Assembly: GCA_965262725.1 (NCBI GenBank) | Contig: OZ253555.1 | Coordinates: 3,424,001-3,488,000 of the forward strand | Direction of reading: 5' to 3' | From: Dehalococcoidia bacterium | Lineage (GTDB): Bacteria > Chloroflexota > Dehalococcoidia > UBA2979 | DNA: 64,000 nt | Shown here: positions 18,716 to 28,603 of the stretch, in pieces | Numbering within the stretch: position 1 is the first letter of the stretch | How the letters are laid out: the number at the start of each line of letters is the position of its first letter | Translations under genes and position numbers: made by a program | Notes under the pieces: model-generated | What the model saw: only the letters and a program-made list of their open reading frames with translations | Databases searched by the model: none | Told to the model about the DNA's origin: nothing

Positions 18716-20011
18716 ATGGATGCGCCACCACTGTCATCGCAGTTGGGGCGAGGCGGCGCCGTCGCGGGGGCGCCGCCAACCGAACGCGCCCCCGCACCAG
18801 GCCAGGGCGGCACCTTCGATTCGCTTCGACTGCCGCTCTTCCGGTGGTTCTTTCTCTCTCAGATGGGCCAGTCGGGCGCGATGCAGCTGCAACAGTTGTT
18901 GCGGGGCTATCTCGTGTTCACCCTCACGGGCTCCTTCGCCGCTCTCGGTGTGATGTCGCTCGCGCAGGCGGTCCCGATGCTCTCCTTGTCGCTCGCCGGC
19001 GGCGTCCTAGCCGATCGTCTGCCCAGGAAGCACATTGTGCAGGCGGGTCAGATGATCAACGCGACGAGCGCCGGCTTGATGGCTCTGCTCGTCGCAACAG
19101 GCTGGCTCAGAGTCGAGTACCTGATCGCGAGCGCTGTGCTGCAGGGCGTTGTCATGTCGCTGATGATGCCGGCGCGACAGGCGATGATCCCTGATGTTGT
19201 TGGTCCCAGCCGGCTCATGAACGCGATTGCACTCAACAGCGCGGGCATGCAGTCGATGCGACTCTTCGCCCCAGGCCTTGGCGGCGCCCTGACAGCGTTG
19301 GCGGGGGCCGACTGGGCGTACGGACTCACGGCCGCTCTGTACCTCGTAGCTATCGCTGCGATCGTGCCGCTTCCTCTGGCCCTAGAGGGCGACCGCCATC
19401 TGAATGAGCGCCTCAGCGCAGTGGGCGACGCTGTGCGGGGGCTGCGCTACGTCGCGGGCGACCCCACGTTGCGAGTGCTGCTGCTCGTTAACCAGGTCAC
19501 CGTGGTCCTCGCGATGCCATACATACTTCTCCTCCCGGGGTTCGTCGAGGAGGTCCTCGGCGGTGGCGCCGGCGAGCTGGGGTTGATGATGAGCATCACG
19601 GGGATCGGCTCAGTCGCTGGCTCACTCGCGATTGCGTCCCTCCCGGATCGCCGGCGAGGGATGCTGTTGATGGGCAGCTCGGCGTTCTTGGGAGTCGCGC
19701 TGCTCGCGTTCTCACTGTCTGACACGTTCTGGCTAAGCGCGCTTCTGATGATCGGCGTGGGCTTGGGCAGCGCAGTACGAATGGCCGCGTCCAACGTGCT
19801 GGTACACGCATACGTTGAGGATGAGTACCGAGGAAGGGTCATGAGCGTTTACATGAGCCAGTTCAGCTTGTTGTTCATCGGGGCATTCTTGATGGGGCTG
19901 TTGTCGGAGACGTTCGGCGTGCAGGCGGTACTCGCCGTCGTCTCCGCCGCCCTCACCGTCTTCTCGCTCGCGGTCATTGTCCTCGTCCCACGCATGCGCG
20001 AACTGCAGTAA
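18716..20011 (+). CDS. MFS transporter
   Basis: GGVLADRLPRK motif A, PARQAMIP, YRGRVMS; paralogue of 29482-30768. Confidence 0.9.
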   Translation: MDAPPLSSQLGRGGAVAGAPPTERAPAPGQGGTFDSLRLPLFRWFFLSQMGQSGAMQLQQLLRGYLVFTLTGSFAALGVMSLAQAVPMLSLSLAGGVLADRLPRKHIVQAGQMINATSAGLMALLVATGWLRVEYLIASAVLQGVVMSLMMPARQAMIPDVVGPSRLMNAIALNSAGMQSMRLFAPGLGGALTALAGADWAYGLTAALYLVAIAAIVPLPLALEGDRHLNERLSAVGDAVRGLRYVAGDPTLRVLLLVNQVTVVLAMPYILLLPGFVEEVLGGGAGELGLMMSITGIGSVAGSLAIASLPDRRRGMLLMGSSAFLGVALLAFSLSDTFWLSALLMIGVGLGSAVRMAASNVLVHAYVEDEYRGRVMSVYMSQFSLLFIGAFLMGLLSETFGVQAVLAVVSAALTVFSLAVIVLVPRMRELQ

Positions 20012-20171
20012 GTGGAGCGCGCATCCCGACTCAGAAGCGACCCGCAGCCTTCCCCCCAATCCGCCCACGCGCCACTGCCTTCCGACTGGGCCGGGGGCGG
20101 CGGATGCGCAACACGGATAGCGGCGATACGCTTCGAGACCGAACTCGAAGCGGGACCCGGAGGAGGCAGTC

Positions 20172-21398
20172 ATGGACTGGGAAGACGCCCCCGACCAGGC
20201 GCGATTCAGGCGCGAGGTCCAAGGCTTCCTCTCGACGAGTCTGCCCGCCCGCTACCGCAAGCTCGCCGAGAGCGACGCCGTCCACGAGGAGCAGCCCTGG
20301 CAGGCCGACCGCCTCTCCGAGAAGACAGAGGAGCGGGCGGTCGCAGACGAGTGGCGGCGTGCGCTCGTCGAGCGCCGCTGGGTCGCTCCCGCATGGCCGG
20401 AAGAGTACGGGGGCGCCGGTCTCGGGGTGACGGAGCAGTTCATCCTGAACGAGGAGATGGCGCGCTCGGGTGCGCCGCTCGTCAACAGCACCGCCGTGAA
20501 CATGCTGGGCCCGTCGGTGATCGTGCACGGGACGGACGAGCAGAAGCGTCAGCAGCTCCCGCTCATCCTCTCGGGCGAGCGGGTCTGGGCGCAGGGCTTC
20601 TCCGAGCCTGGCGCAGGCTCGGACCTCGCCTCGCTCTCCACCCGTGCCGTCCGCGACGGCGACGAGTTCGTCGTCAACGGGCAGAAGATCTGGACGACGC
20701 TGGCCCATCAGTCCGACTGGATCTTCGCGCTCGTCCGGACCGACCCGGACGCTCCGAAGCACCGCGGCATCAGCTTCGTACTCGTGGACAAGCGGATGCC
20801 GGGGGTCACGGTGCAGCCCCTGATCAACGCCGCGTGGATGCACAACTTCAACGAGGTCTTCTTCGAGGACGTGCGCATCCCGGCAACGAACCTCGTGGGC
20901 GAGGAGAATCGCGGGTGGTACGTCGCGATGACACTTCTCGCCTTCGAGCGTTCCGCCGTGGCGCGCGCCGTCCGGCTAGAGCGAGGTGTGCAGAGGCTCG
21001 TCGACTATGCGCGGAGTGAGCGTGGGAGCCGCCAGGCCCGGCTGAGCCAGCTCGACTCGGTGCGGGCGTTACTTGCTGACCGCTATATCGAGACGCAGGT
21101 GCTCTACAACTTCTCGCTGCGGATCATCTCGATTCAGGCGGCCGGCGGCGTGCCGGATTACGAGGCCTCCATCTCCAAGGTCTTCGGCTCCGAGCTAGCT
21201 CAGCGCATCACGCACTCGGCGGCGAAGCTCTTCGGGCTCTACGGTGAGCTCTGGGACCAGGAAGCTCCGTGGGCGCCCATGGAGGGCTCGGTGGCGCAGA
21301 ACTACGTTCTCTCGATCCCGAACACGCTCACGGGCGGCTCCTCCGAGATCCAGCGCAACGTGATCGCCACCCGCGGGCTCGGGCTGCCGCGCGGCTGA
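20172..21398 (+). CDS. Acyl-CoA dehydrogenase
   Basis: WAQGFSEPGAGSDLASL, GGSSEIQRNVIA. Confidence 0.95.
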   Translation: MDWEDAPDQARFRREVQGFLSTSLPARYRKLAESDAVHEEQPWQADRLSEKTEERAVADEWRRALVERRWVAPAWPEEYGGAGLGVTEQFILNEEMARSGAPLVNSTAVNMLGPSVIVHGTDEQKRQQLPLILSGERVWAQGFSEPGAGSDLASLSTRAVRDGDEFVVNGQKIWTTLAHQSDWIFALVRTDPDAPKHRGISFVLVDKRMPGVTVQPLINAAWMHNFNEVFFEDVRIPATNLVGEENRGWYVAMTLLAFERSAVARAVRLERGVQRLVDYARSERGSRQARLSQLDSVRALLADRYIETQVLYNFSLRIISIQAAGGVPDYEASISKVFGSELAQRITHSAAKLFGLYGELWDQEAPWAPMEGSVAQNYVLSIPNTLTGGSSEIQRNVIATRGLGLPRG

Positions 21399-21412
21399 GC
21401 CGAGGAGCCGAG

Positions 21413-22567
21413 ATGATCACTGACGCGCAGATCCACCTCTGGGAGGCCGACCGGCCGGATCGGCCGTGGACCGACATCAGCGAACCGAATCTGCCGGAGC
21501 CTTTCGGTCCCGAGCGAGTGCTGCCGATCCTCGACGCGGCGGGCGTCGACCGGACGATCATCGTCCCGCCCGGGTTCATGGGCACCAACAACGAGTACGC
21601 GCTCGAGTGCGCGGGGCGCCATCCGACCCGCATGGCAGTGATGGGGCTCATCAACCCGGCCGCGCCGGACGCTCCGGAGCTCGTGGAGCGATGGCGAGAG
21701 CAGCCGGGAATGCTCGGGATCCGCACCCACGTCCACCCGCGTCTGCGTGCGTTCTGGGGCTCGGACGACGCGGCCGACGCGTTCTGGGCGGCCTGTGAGA
21801 AGGAAGCACTGCCCGTCGCCATCTTCAACGCCGGCGCGAAAGACTACGTGGCGCGCATCCTCCGGGAGCACCCCGGGCTGCACCTCGTGATCGACCACAT
21901 GGGATTACCGATGGCGATGGCGGAGCTCGACTCGCTCGAGCACGCGGAGATCCGGGCCACGCTGGAGTTCGCGCGATACCCGAACGTGGCGGTCAAGGTC
22001 AGCACGTCGCCGATGTTCGTCGCGTCGCCACACTCCACCGAACTCGTGCGGCGGCTCCGCGACTCCTACGGGGCCCGACGGATGCTCTGGGCCACCGACC
22101 ACACGCAGGCTCTCCGGCGCGGCGAGGACCGCTACGAGGACGCGCTCGACTTCGTGCGGGGGCTCGCCTTCCTCTCCGAGGACGAGAAGGTGTGGATCCT
22201 GGGGCGCGCGGCGGCGGAGTACCTGGGGTGGCCCGAAGGAGCGCCCTCGACGGCGAGCCCCAGCGAGCGGCGGACCTCCACCGTGAGCGATAGCGAGCCC
22301 CGAATAGAGGTCGCGCGGCGCGGCGGCGGCGAGTTCTCGGTGCGCGTTGAGGACGGAGCGAGCGCGAGAGAATACGACGTGACCGTCCCGAAGGCGTTGG
22401 TGGAGGAGCTCGGGGTCTCGGCCGAGCGCCTCGTGGAGGAGTCGTTCCGCTTCCTGCTCGAGCGTGAGCCGAAGGAGTCGATCCTCCAGAACTTCACGCT
22501 CCCGGTCATCGAGCAGTATTTCCCGGAGTACCCGCAAGAGATCCGACGCCGGCTCCAGATCACCTAG
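21413..22567 (+). CDS. Amidohydrolase-2 family protein read in frame into a ~94-aa C-terminal domain
   Basis: DAQIHLW, VIDHMG, LWATD; extra domain from GTG 22283 (SFRFLLEREPKESIL...YFPEY). Confidence 0.82.
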   Translation: MITDAQIHLWEADRPDRPWTDISEPNLPEPFGPERVLPILDAAGVDRTIIVPPGFMGTNNEYALECAGRHPTRMAVMGLINPAAPDAPELVERWREQPGMLGIRTHVHPRLRAFWGSDDAADAFWAACEKEALPVAIFNAGAKDYVARILREHPGLHLVIDHMGLPMAMAELDSLEHAEIRATLEFARYPNVAVKVSTSPMFVASPHSTELVRRLRDSYGARRMLWATDHTQALRRGEDRYEDALDFVRGLAFLSEDEKVWILGRAAAEYLGWPEGAPSTASPSERRTSTVSDSEPRIEVARRGGGEFSVRVEDGASAREYDVTVPKALVEELGVSAERLVEESFRFLLEREPKESILQNFTLPVIEQYFPEYPQEIRRRLQIT

Positions 22568-22734
22568 ACAGGGCCAGCCGCTCGGGCGCACTCGGGAGCA
22601 CGCCGCCGACATGCTCACGCGTCCAGATCCTCGCCCGGCGTGGCAGACTTCGCCCGACGAACCGCGGGGCACCTGCAGTTCACACACGAGCAAGATGGCC
22701 CTCTCGGTCTGAGGACGACGAAACGCGGGCATTC

Positions 22735-22995
22735 GTGACCAGCGAGCGCGGTGGCGGACCACTCGCGGGAACGGTAGTCCTCGACTGCGCTGACAGCATG
22801 GCCGGCGCGTTCGCGACGCGGCTGCTCGCCGACCCGGCACGCGCGTGCTGGTCATCGAGCCGCCGAATGGCGGGCGGCTCCTCTCGGTCCGTTCCCCGCG
22901 ACCGCCCCGATCCCGAGCGCGGCGGGCTGCACCTGGCGCTAGACGCTGGGAAGGAAAGCGTCGCGCTGGACCTCAGCCGGCAGAACGGGCAGCGC
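22735..22995 (+). pseudogene. Family III CoA-transferase 5' fragment
   Basis: PLAGTVVLDC...PERGGLHLALDAGKESVALDL resembles the N-terminus of 10226-12616; frameshifted and truncated. Confidence 0.75.
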
Positions 22996-23013
22996 AGCCA
23001 CGACCGCCAGTGG

Positions 23014-24057
23014 CTAGACCGCACTCGGCGCGCATGCCTGCATCACCGCGCGCACGGCGTCGAGCCCCGGCCGCCCAGGCACGACGCGAACGAGCGCGAC
23101 ATCGAGACCAGCGCCCAGCGCCTCGAAGTGCTCGCGTGCGCCCGCTGGCGCCCCGAAGTACCCCACACTCAGTAGCAACTCGTCGGTCGCTGCGTCGGCG
23201 ATCTCGTCTGCGGAGGCCCCTGCGCTGCGCCGCTCGTCGAGCTCGGCGAGTTCGTCGGCGAACCCCATGCGCTCGAAGTGCGGTCGGTATCCGAAGCGGC
23301 GGTCGCGGGCGCCGACCTCCGGTCCGAGCGCATAGCCAACGGTGGCCCGCGCAAGTGCGCGGCGAGCGACGGACACGTCCTCGTCGACCGACACGCGTAT
23401 GTACTCGACGAGAGGCAGGGTTCCCGCGAGGCGACCCGCACGTGCAGCCCCCACGTCGACGGCTCGCCGCGCATCGGCCACCTGGGCTGCAGTGCACCAG
23501 TTCAGGCAGATGCCGTCGGCGACCTCCCCGCCGAGGTCGAGCATCCGCGGACCGAGCGCGCCCAGGTAGACCGGGGTTCGAGGAGGCGGCTCTATCCCGA
23601 GACGCTGCCCGTGGACGGCCAGCCCAGGGCCGTCGTAGTCCACGGCCTCCCCTGCCAGGAGGGCGCGAATCGTCGTGAGGTAGTCCCGCATGATCGCGAG
23701 CGTCGAGTTCGTCCGGAAGCCCCATCGCCTCCCGGAACTCCGGTCGATAGAGGCCACCAGTGCCGATCCCGAGCACGAACCGACCGTCGGTCATGGCACC
23801 GAGCGTCCCGGCGCTCTTTGCGAATCCCATCGGCGTCCGGTAGGCGACGGGTGAGACCGAGATCCCCGTCGAGAGTCCGCCTGGCTTCACGTCGCAGCTC
23901 GCGCGCCAGCGCAGTGCGCACAGCTGGAAGGAGTCCAGGCCAGCTCCCTCCGGAGTCCACAGCTGCTCGTAGCCGAGCTCCGCCGCTTCGCCTGCGAGGT
24001 CGACTGGTCCTCGAGACGAAGCCCGAGCGTGAAGTCGAGCCCGAGCCCGATTCGCAT
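23014..24057 (-). pseudogene. LLM-class oxidoreductase with two frameshifts
   Basis: MRIGLGLD / AAELGYEQLWTPE...GRFVLGIGTG / PVYLGALGPRM lie in different frames (shifts near 24000 and 23715); could be sequencing indels. Confidence 0.8.
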
Positions 24058-24077
24058 GGACAGTCCCTCCCTGGACG

Positions 24078-25415
24078 CTACTTCTCGGCCAGGAGTCGCA
24101 GCGCGATCGCCTCGGCAAGGCATGCGCGCTTCAGCTCCCCGAGGTCCTGGCTCTCATCCGGAGCGTGTACCGCGCTGGCCGGATCCCCGACCCCGGTGAG
24201 GAGTATCTCGGCTTCCGGATACGCGGCGGCGAGCGCCGCCACGAGCGGAATCGAGCCTCCAATGCCCACCTCCACGGCCGGACGACCCCATGCCTCCGCC
24301 AGCCCCTCGCGAAACGCCGCATAGGCCGGGCCGCTGGAGTCGAGCTCGAAGGGCGCTCCCTGGACGCCCTCGGTGACGACGACCTCGGCCCCCCACGGCG
24401 CGTGCGACTCGAGGTGACGCCGCAGGGCCCGCATCGCTCGCTCCGGATCGTCCCCCGGGGCGAGCCGGACGCTGACCTTCGCGCGTGCTGAAGGCAGGAG
24501 CTGGTTGATCGCGTCGTCGATGCGCGGAGCGTCCAGCGCGAGCACCGAAATCGCAGGCTCCATCCAGAGACGCTGCGTGACGCTGCCATCGGCGAGCAGC
24601 TGTACGCCCGGTAGCACTCCTGCCTGCTGGCGGAGCTCCGCCTCGCTCAGCTCCACGGATGGCGCCTCTCCGGCGGTCAGTCCCTCGACTGCCGGTCGGC
24701 CGTCGGCTTCGTGGAGCGTGGCGAGAAGACGGGCGAGCGCCGTGAGCGCATCGGGCACAGGGCCGCCGAAGAGGCCGCTGTGCACGCCGCTCGTCAGCGT
24801 GCGGACCTCCACGACGCAGTCGACGATCCCCCGAAGCGAGGTGGTGAGAGCGGGCTCGCCGACACGCCAGTTCAGCGAGTCCGCGACTACGACGACGTCC
24901 GCGGCGAGCCGCTCTCCGTGACGCTTGAGGAACTCCGCGAGGTGAGGCGAGCCGATCTCCTCCTCGCCTTCGACGAGCACCTTGATGTCGACCGGCGGCG
25001 CGTCAGCGAGGGCGCGGAGCGCCCCGAGGTGAATCGCGATCCCGGACTTGTCGTCCGAAGCGCCGCGACCGTAGATGCGGCTGCCGCGCTCAATCGGCTC
25101 GAAAGGCGGGGTCGTCCAGGCGCGCTCGTCCCCCGGCGGCTGGACGTCGTAGTGCGCGTAGAGGAGCACGGTCGGCGTCGCCGTCGGGCCCGCCACCTCC
25201 CCGAAGACGGCCGGCGCGCCGCCGTCAACCTCAAGCAACTCGACTCGCTGCATCCCGACGTCGGAGAGGAGATCGCGTGTCAGATCGGCTGCGGGGCGGA
25301 GGTCGCCTGACGGAAGGCCAGCCGCGCTAGCGGATGGAATACGGATGAGGCTTTCGAGCGCGCCCTGCGTGAGCGAGAACCCCTCATCGACGCGAGCGCG
25401 GAGATCTTCGTGCAC
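24078..25415 (-). CDS. M20-family dipeptidase/amidohydrolase
   Basis: LLYAHYDVQP, GRGASDDK, EGEEEIGS, GGSIP, HAPDES; start approximate. Confidence 0.9.
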   Translation of the reverse strand: MHEDLRARVDEGFSLTQGALESLIRIPSASAAGLPSGDLRPAADLTRDLLSDVGMQRVELLEVDGGAPAVFGEVAGPTATPTVLLYAHYDVQPPGDERAWTTPPFEPIERGSRIYGRGASDDKSGIAIHLGALRALADAPPVDIKVLVEGEEEIGSPHLAEFLKRHGERLAADVVVVADSLNWRVGEPALTTSLRGIVDCVVEVRTLTSGVHSGLFGGPVPDALTALARLLATLHEADGRPAVEGLTAGEAPSVELSEAELRQQAGVLPGVQLLADGSVTQRLWMEPAISVLALDAPRIDDAINQLLPSARAKVSVRLAPGDDPERAMRALRRHLESHAPWGAEVVVTEGVQGAPFELDSSGPAYAAFREGLAEAWGRPAVEVGIGGSIPLVAALAAAYPEAEILLTGVGDPASAVHAPDESQDLGELKRACLAEAIALRLLAEK

Positions 25416-25431
25416 GGCGAGATGCTGGCGC

Positions 25432-26532
25432 TCAGGCCCCGCGCGTTGGGAGAGAGACCACGACCGGGCCGGGGCCAACCGAGACGCCGCGAGAGATCTC
25501 GCTGCGCATCTCGAGCTCGACCAGGCGATCGCCATCTTCGTCCCAAACCCGCCGCACGACACCGCTCGTCACCACCGTCTCGCCGACGGTGTTGAAGACA
25601 CCCATGCGCATCGGGCCGACGCGGCGCACGCGCCCGGCGAGCCCGATGTACTCGCGGACCGCGCGCTCCCACCACCCCTGGATGAAGATGCTATTCGCGA
25701 ACATCGCCGGTGCACCCCACGCATGGGCCACATTCGAGTTGTAGTGGACGGGGCTGAAGTCGCGGTTCGCGCCCGCCTCGACGACGAGGCGAGCTACGGT
25801 GAGGTTGATGGCGACCGGCGGCACTTCGTCGCCGACTTCGATCTCCTCGATGTAGCGCTGCTTCGCCCAGTCAGCGGGCGCGGCGTCCACGGCAGCTGCC
25901 CGAGCATCGCTGGGCCCAGCGGCCGGTTCCTCAGCGGCGGGTCTCCTCGCGACCGAATCGGCGTTCGGATGCGGGCTGTAGTGGAAGCCAGAGTTGTTGA
26001 TCCTGGCGACGAGCGCCCCGTCCTGGTTGTGGACCTCGCTCTGAAGCGTCATGAACGCGCCGCGGCCGACGCTGGTCTCCCTCGGCGTCACCGACAGGAG
26101 ACGGCGACCGCTCGATACGAGCCGGTCCCCGACGCAGACCGGCTCGACGTACTCGGTCTCGATGCCCGAGACGAAGGACCGCGTCCCAGGCGGCTCGGGC
26201 AACGGCGGTAGCTGCTCCTCGGGCGTCTCCATGCTGATCGGAGCGTCCGGCTCCGGCGTCGCGTAGCGCGTCGGATCGCCCGGGCGCCAATGGGCTCGCC
26301 TCACCCAGGTCGAGACACCGCTCGCCGGCGCGACGATGTCGCGGAAGCCGAACTGACGCGCGACTTCTGCGTCGTGATGAAGCGGACACCCGAGCTCGAG
26401 CGCCTCGCAGAACCGCCGGACAGCCCCGGCCTCCACAGCGTCGGCTGCGACCGACGGACTCCCGCTGGAGAAGTCGCGGCCGATCGCTGCGATGGCAGGC
26501 TCCCACGCTTGCGTCCAGCTAGTCGTGGTCAC
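25432..26532 (-). CDS. Double hot-dog (MaoC/FAS1-like) dehydratase
   Basis: Full-length paralogue of 5709-6800. Confidence 0.82.
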   Translation of the reverse strand: MTTTSWTQAWEPAIAAIGRDFSSGSPSVAADAVEAGAVRRFCEALELGCPLHHDAEVARQFGFRDIVAPASGVSTWVRRAHWRPGDPTRYATPEPDAPISMETPEEQLPPLPEPPGTRSFVSGIETEYVEPVCVGDRLVSSGRRLLSVTPRETSVGRGAFMTLQSEVHNQDGALVARINNSGFHYSPHPNADSVARRPAAEEPAAGPSDARAAAVDAAPADWAKQRYIEEIEVGDEVPPVAINLTVARLVVEAGANRDFSPVHYNSNVAHAWGAPAMFANSIFIQGWWERAVREYIGLAGRVRRVGPMRMGVFNTVGETVVTSGVVRRVWDEDGDRLVELEMRSEISRGVSVGPGPVVVSLPTRGA

Positions 26533-26728
26533 GACCCCTCCAGACCCTACCTCGGTGCGCCCCGGGGTCTTCATACCATCCGGGGGGCACGGCCGATCAG
26601 CCAGCGCGCCTCGTCGGTGGAGTACGCCGTCCCTCCGACCGGAGGGTTCGCGCGGATGTGCGCGTCGCCTACTCGGCCGACACGACCCATCGAATAGACT
26701 GGCGACCGGCGAGCAGCAGGAGGAGCCG

Positions 26729-26929
26729 CTGGCGACTGACCCACCGCCTGCGAGCGAAGAGGTCGAGAGGTACGCCCGGCAGACGGGGCTGATCAACCTG
26801 ACGTCGGACCAGATGGAAGAGCTCCGGCAGGCGGCCGCATACGCGCGTGATCTGCTCGCGAGGCTACCTCGCGACTTCACATTGACCGATGAGCCGGCCC
26901 ACATCTTCCGCGCAAGCGATGACGCATGA
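26729..26929 (+). CDS. Small acidic protein, possible amidase accessory subunit (GatC/AtzG-like)
   Basis: AGGAGG RBS before a CTG codon; ends DEPAHIF; ATGA overlap with the amidase. Confidence 0.5.
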   Translation: MATDPPPASEEVERYARQTGLINLTSDQMEELRQAAAYARDLLARLPRDFTLTDEPAHIFRASDDA

Positions 26930-27939
26930 CCGCGCCTGATCTCGCGTGGCTGACGATTGCGGGGGCTGCGAGCCTGATCCGCGACCGAAAGCTCTCGCCC
27001 GTCGAGTACGTCGAGGCGCTCTACGCCCGCTCCGACACGCTCGACAAGCAGGTCAAGAGCTACCTCTGCGTCACCCGCGACGTCGCGATGCACGAGGCGA
27101 AGCGGGCCGAAGCGGAGATCGCCCGGGGTACCTACAAGGGCCCGCTTCACGGCATTCCCTACGGCCTCAAGGACATCTTCGACTACGCGGGCGTTCCGAC
27201 GACCGCGCACTCCAGGCTGCTCAAGGACAACGTTCCCGATCGCGACGCGACTGTCACGGCCAAGCTGAAGGAGGCGGGCGCGGTACTCCTCGGAAAGATG
27301 GCGACTCACGAGTTCGCGCTCGGGGGGCCGTCCTTCGACCTCCCCTGGCCGCCGCCGCGGAACCCCTGGAACCTCGACTACTTCACCGGGGGATCGTCCA
27401 GCGGATCGGCCGCCGCGGTGGCCGCCGGGTTCATGCCTGCAGCGCTCGGCTCGGACACGGGCGGGTCGATTCGCGGTCCGGCATCCCTATGCGGCCTGGT
27501 CGGCATGAAGCCGACCTACGGCCGCGTCAGCCGCGCGGGCGTCGTGCCCCTCGCTCACAGCCTCGACACTGCCGGGCCGCTGACGCGCACGGTGGAGGAC
27601 AGCGCCCTCGTGCTGAACGCGATCGCGGGCCACGACCCGCGCGACGTCGCCAGCGCCGATGTCGCGCGGCCTGACTTCACCAGCGACCTCCGAGCCGGCG
27701 CACGGGGGCTGCGGGTCGGCGTCGTCCGCCACTTCTACACCCGCGACATCGAGCCAGACGCGGAGGTGCTGCAAGGCGTCGAAGACGCAGTCGACGTACT
27801 CACCCGGCAATCCGACGTCGTCCTGCTCGCCGTGCGTCGGCGGATTGTCCGCTCCGAGCTGAGGCTCGGTTCGAGGCAGGCGCGCCGTCGCATGCGGGCC
27901 CACCAGCGATCGTCGGAACTCGATACCGGCGCGTTCTAG
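26926..27939 (+). pseudogene. Amidase-signature (GatA/AtzE-like) enzyme, C-terminally truncated
   Basis: [28 protein letters not shown] triad intact; similarity stops near 27807, short of the usual ~470 aa. Confidence 0.8.
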
Positions 27940-28043
27940 AGGCGGATGGGATATTGGCGCCCCACGACCTCGACCGCGCGGGGAAGCAGTGCAGCCGCAA
28001 CGGCGCGCCGCTCTACCTTGACCAGCACTCCAGTAAGTGAAGT

Positions 28044-28119
28044 TGGAGCGGGAGAAGGGATTCGAACCCTCGGCCCTCTGCTTGGGAAGCAGATGCTCTG
28101 CCGACTGAGCTACTCCCGC
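28044..28119 (-). tRNA. tRNA-Gly(CCC)
   Basis: GCGGGAG acceptor, TCTGC-TT-CCC-AA-GCAGA anticodon arm, TCCA end. Confidence 0.97.
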
Positions 28120-28353
28120 GTCCGCGAGCGAGGGCTGGGATTCCGCCGCGGCGACGCCGAGCGGCAACCGAGCGCAAGCACAATGGCCGGCGCGCCCAGC
28201 CGAGCCCGCACGCATCCTAGCAGGCGCCACTACCGGCAGTCGTGCCATCCGAGCTCGCTCGCTTCACGTGAGACGCACGGTTGCAGGCTGTACTCGGCAA
28301 CTCATCCGGGGGGTGCAGCGCCGATGGCGCGCGGTAGCCTCCGGCCACTACAC

Positions 28354-28393
28354 AAAAAACGAACCGCGCACCCCGTGTACTCGGGCTGCGCGG
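28354..28393 (-). terminator. Intrinsic terminator
   Basis: CCGCGCAGCCCG-loop-CGGGGTGCGCGG followed by TTCGTTTTTT. Confidence 0.7.
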
Positions 28394-28603
28394 CTCTGAG
28401 CCGACCATGAGCTGCCCGCCCCGGAAGCTTCGAGCAGCTTCGCTTCCGTGGCGCCCCCGCCGACCTGATCGCAGGATAGTGCACCGGCGCGGCGATTGTG
28501 GGACGCCCAAGCCCCAACTTCTCCACAGTCCCCGAACAAGTCATCGACTGCCCCGCCGATGGATATGGGCGCGCAGCACGAGCGTCTTGTTACGCCAGGC
28601 CGG

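Noticed and set aside
6850-21398. Four acyl-CoA dehydrogenases as an assembly duplication
   Set aside because: The proteins differ throughout; they are genuine older paralogues
26533-27309. 625-aa version of the second MaoC protein
   Set aside because: The extension is antisense to the amidase; the paralogue at 5709 fixes the start near 26532
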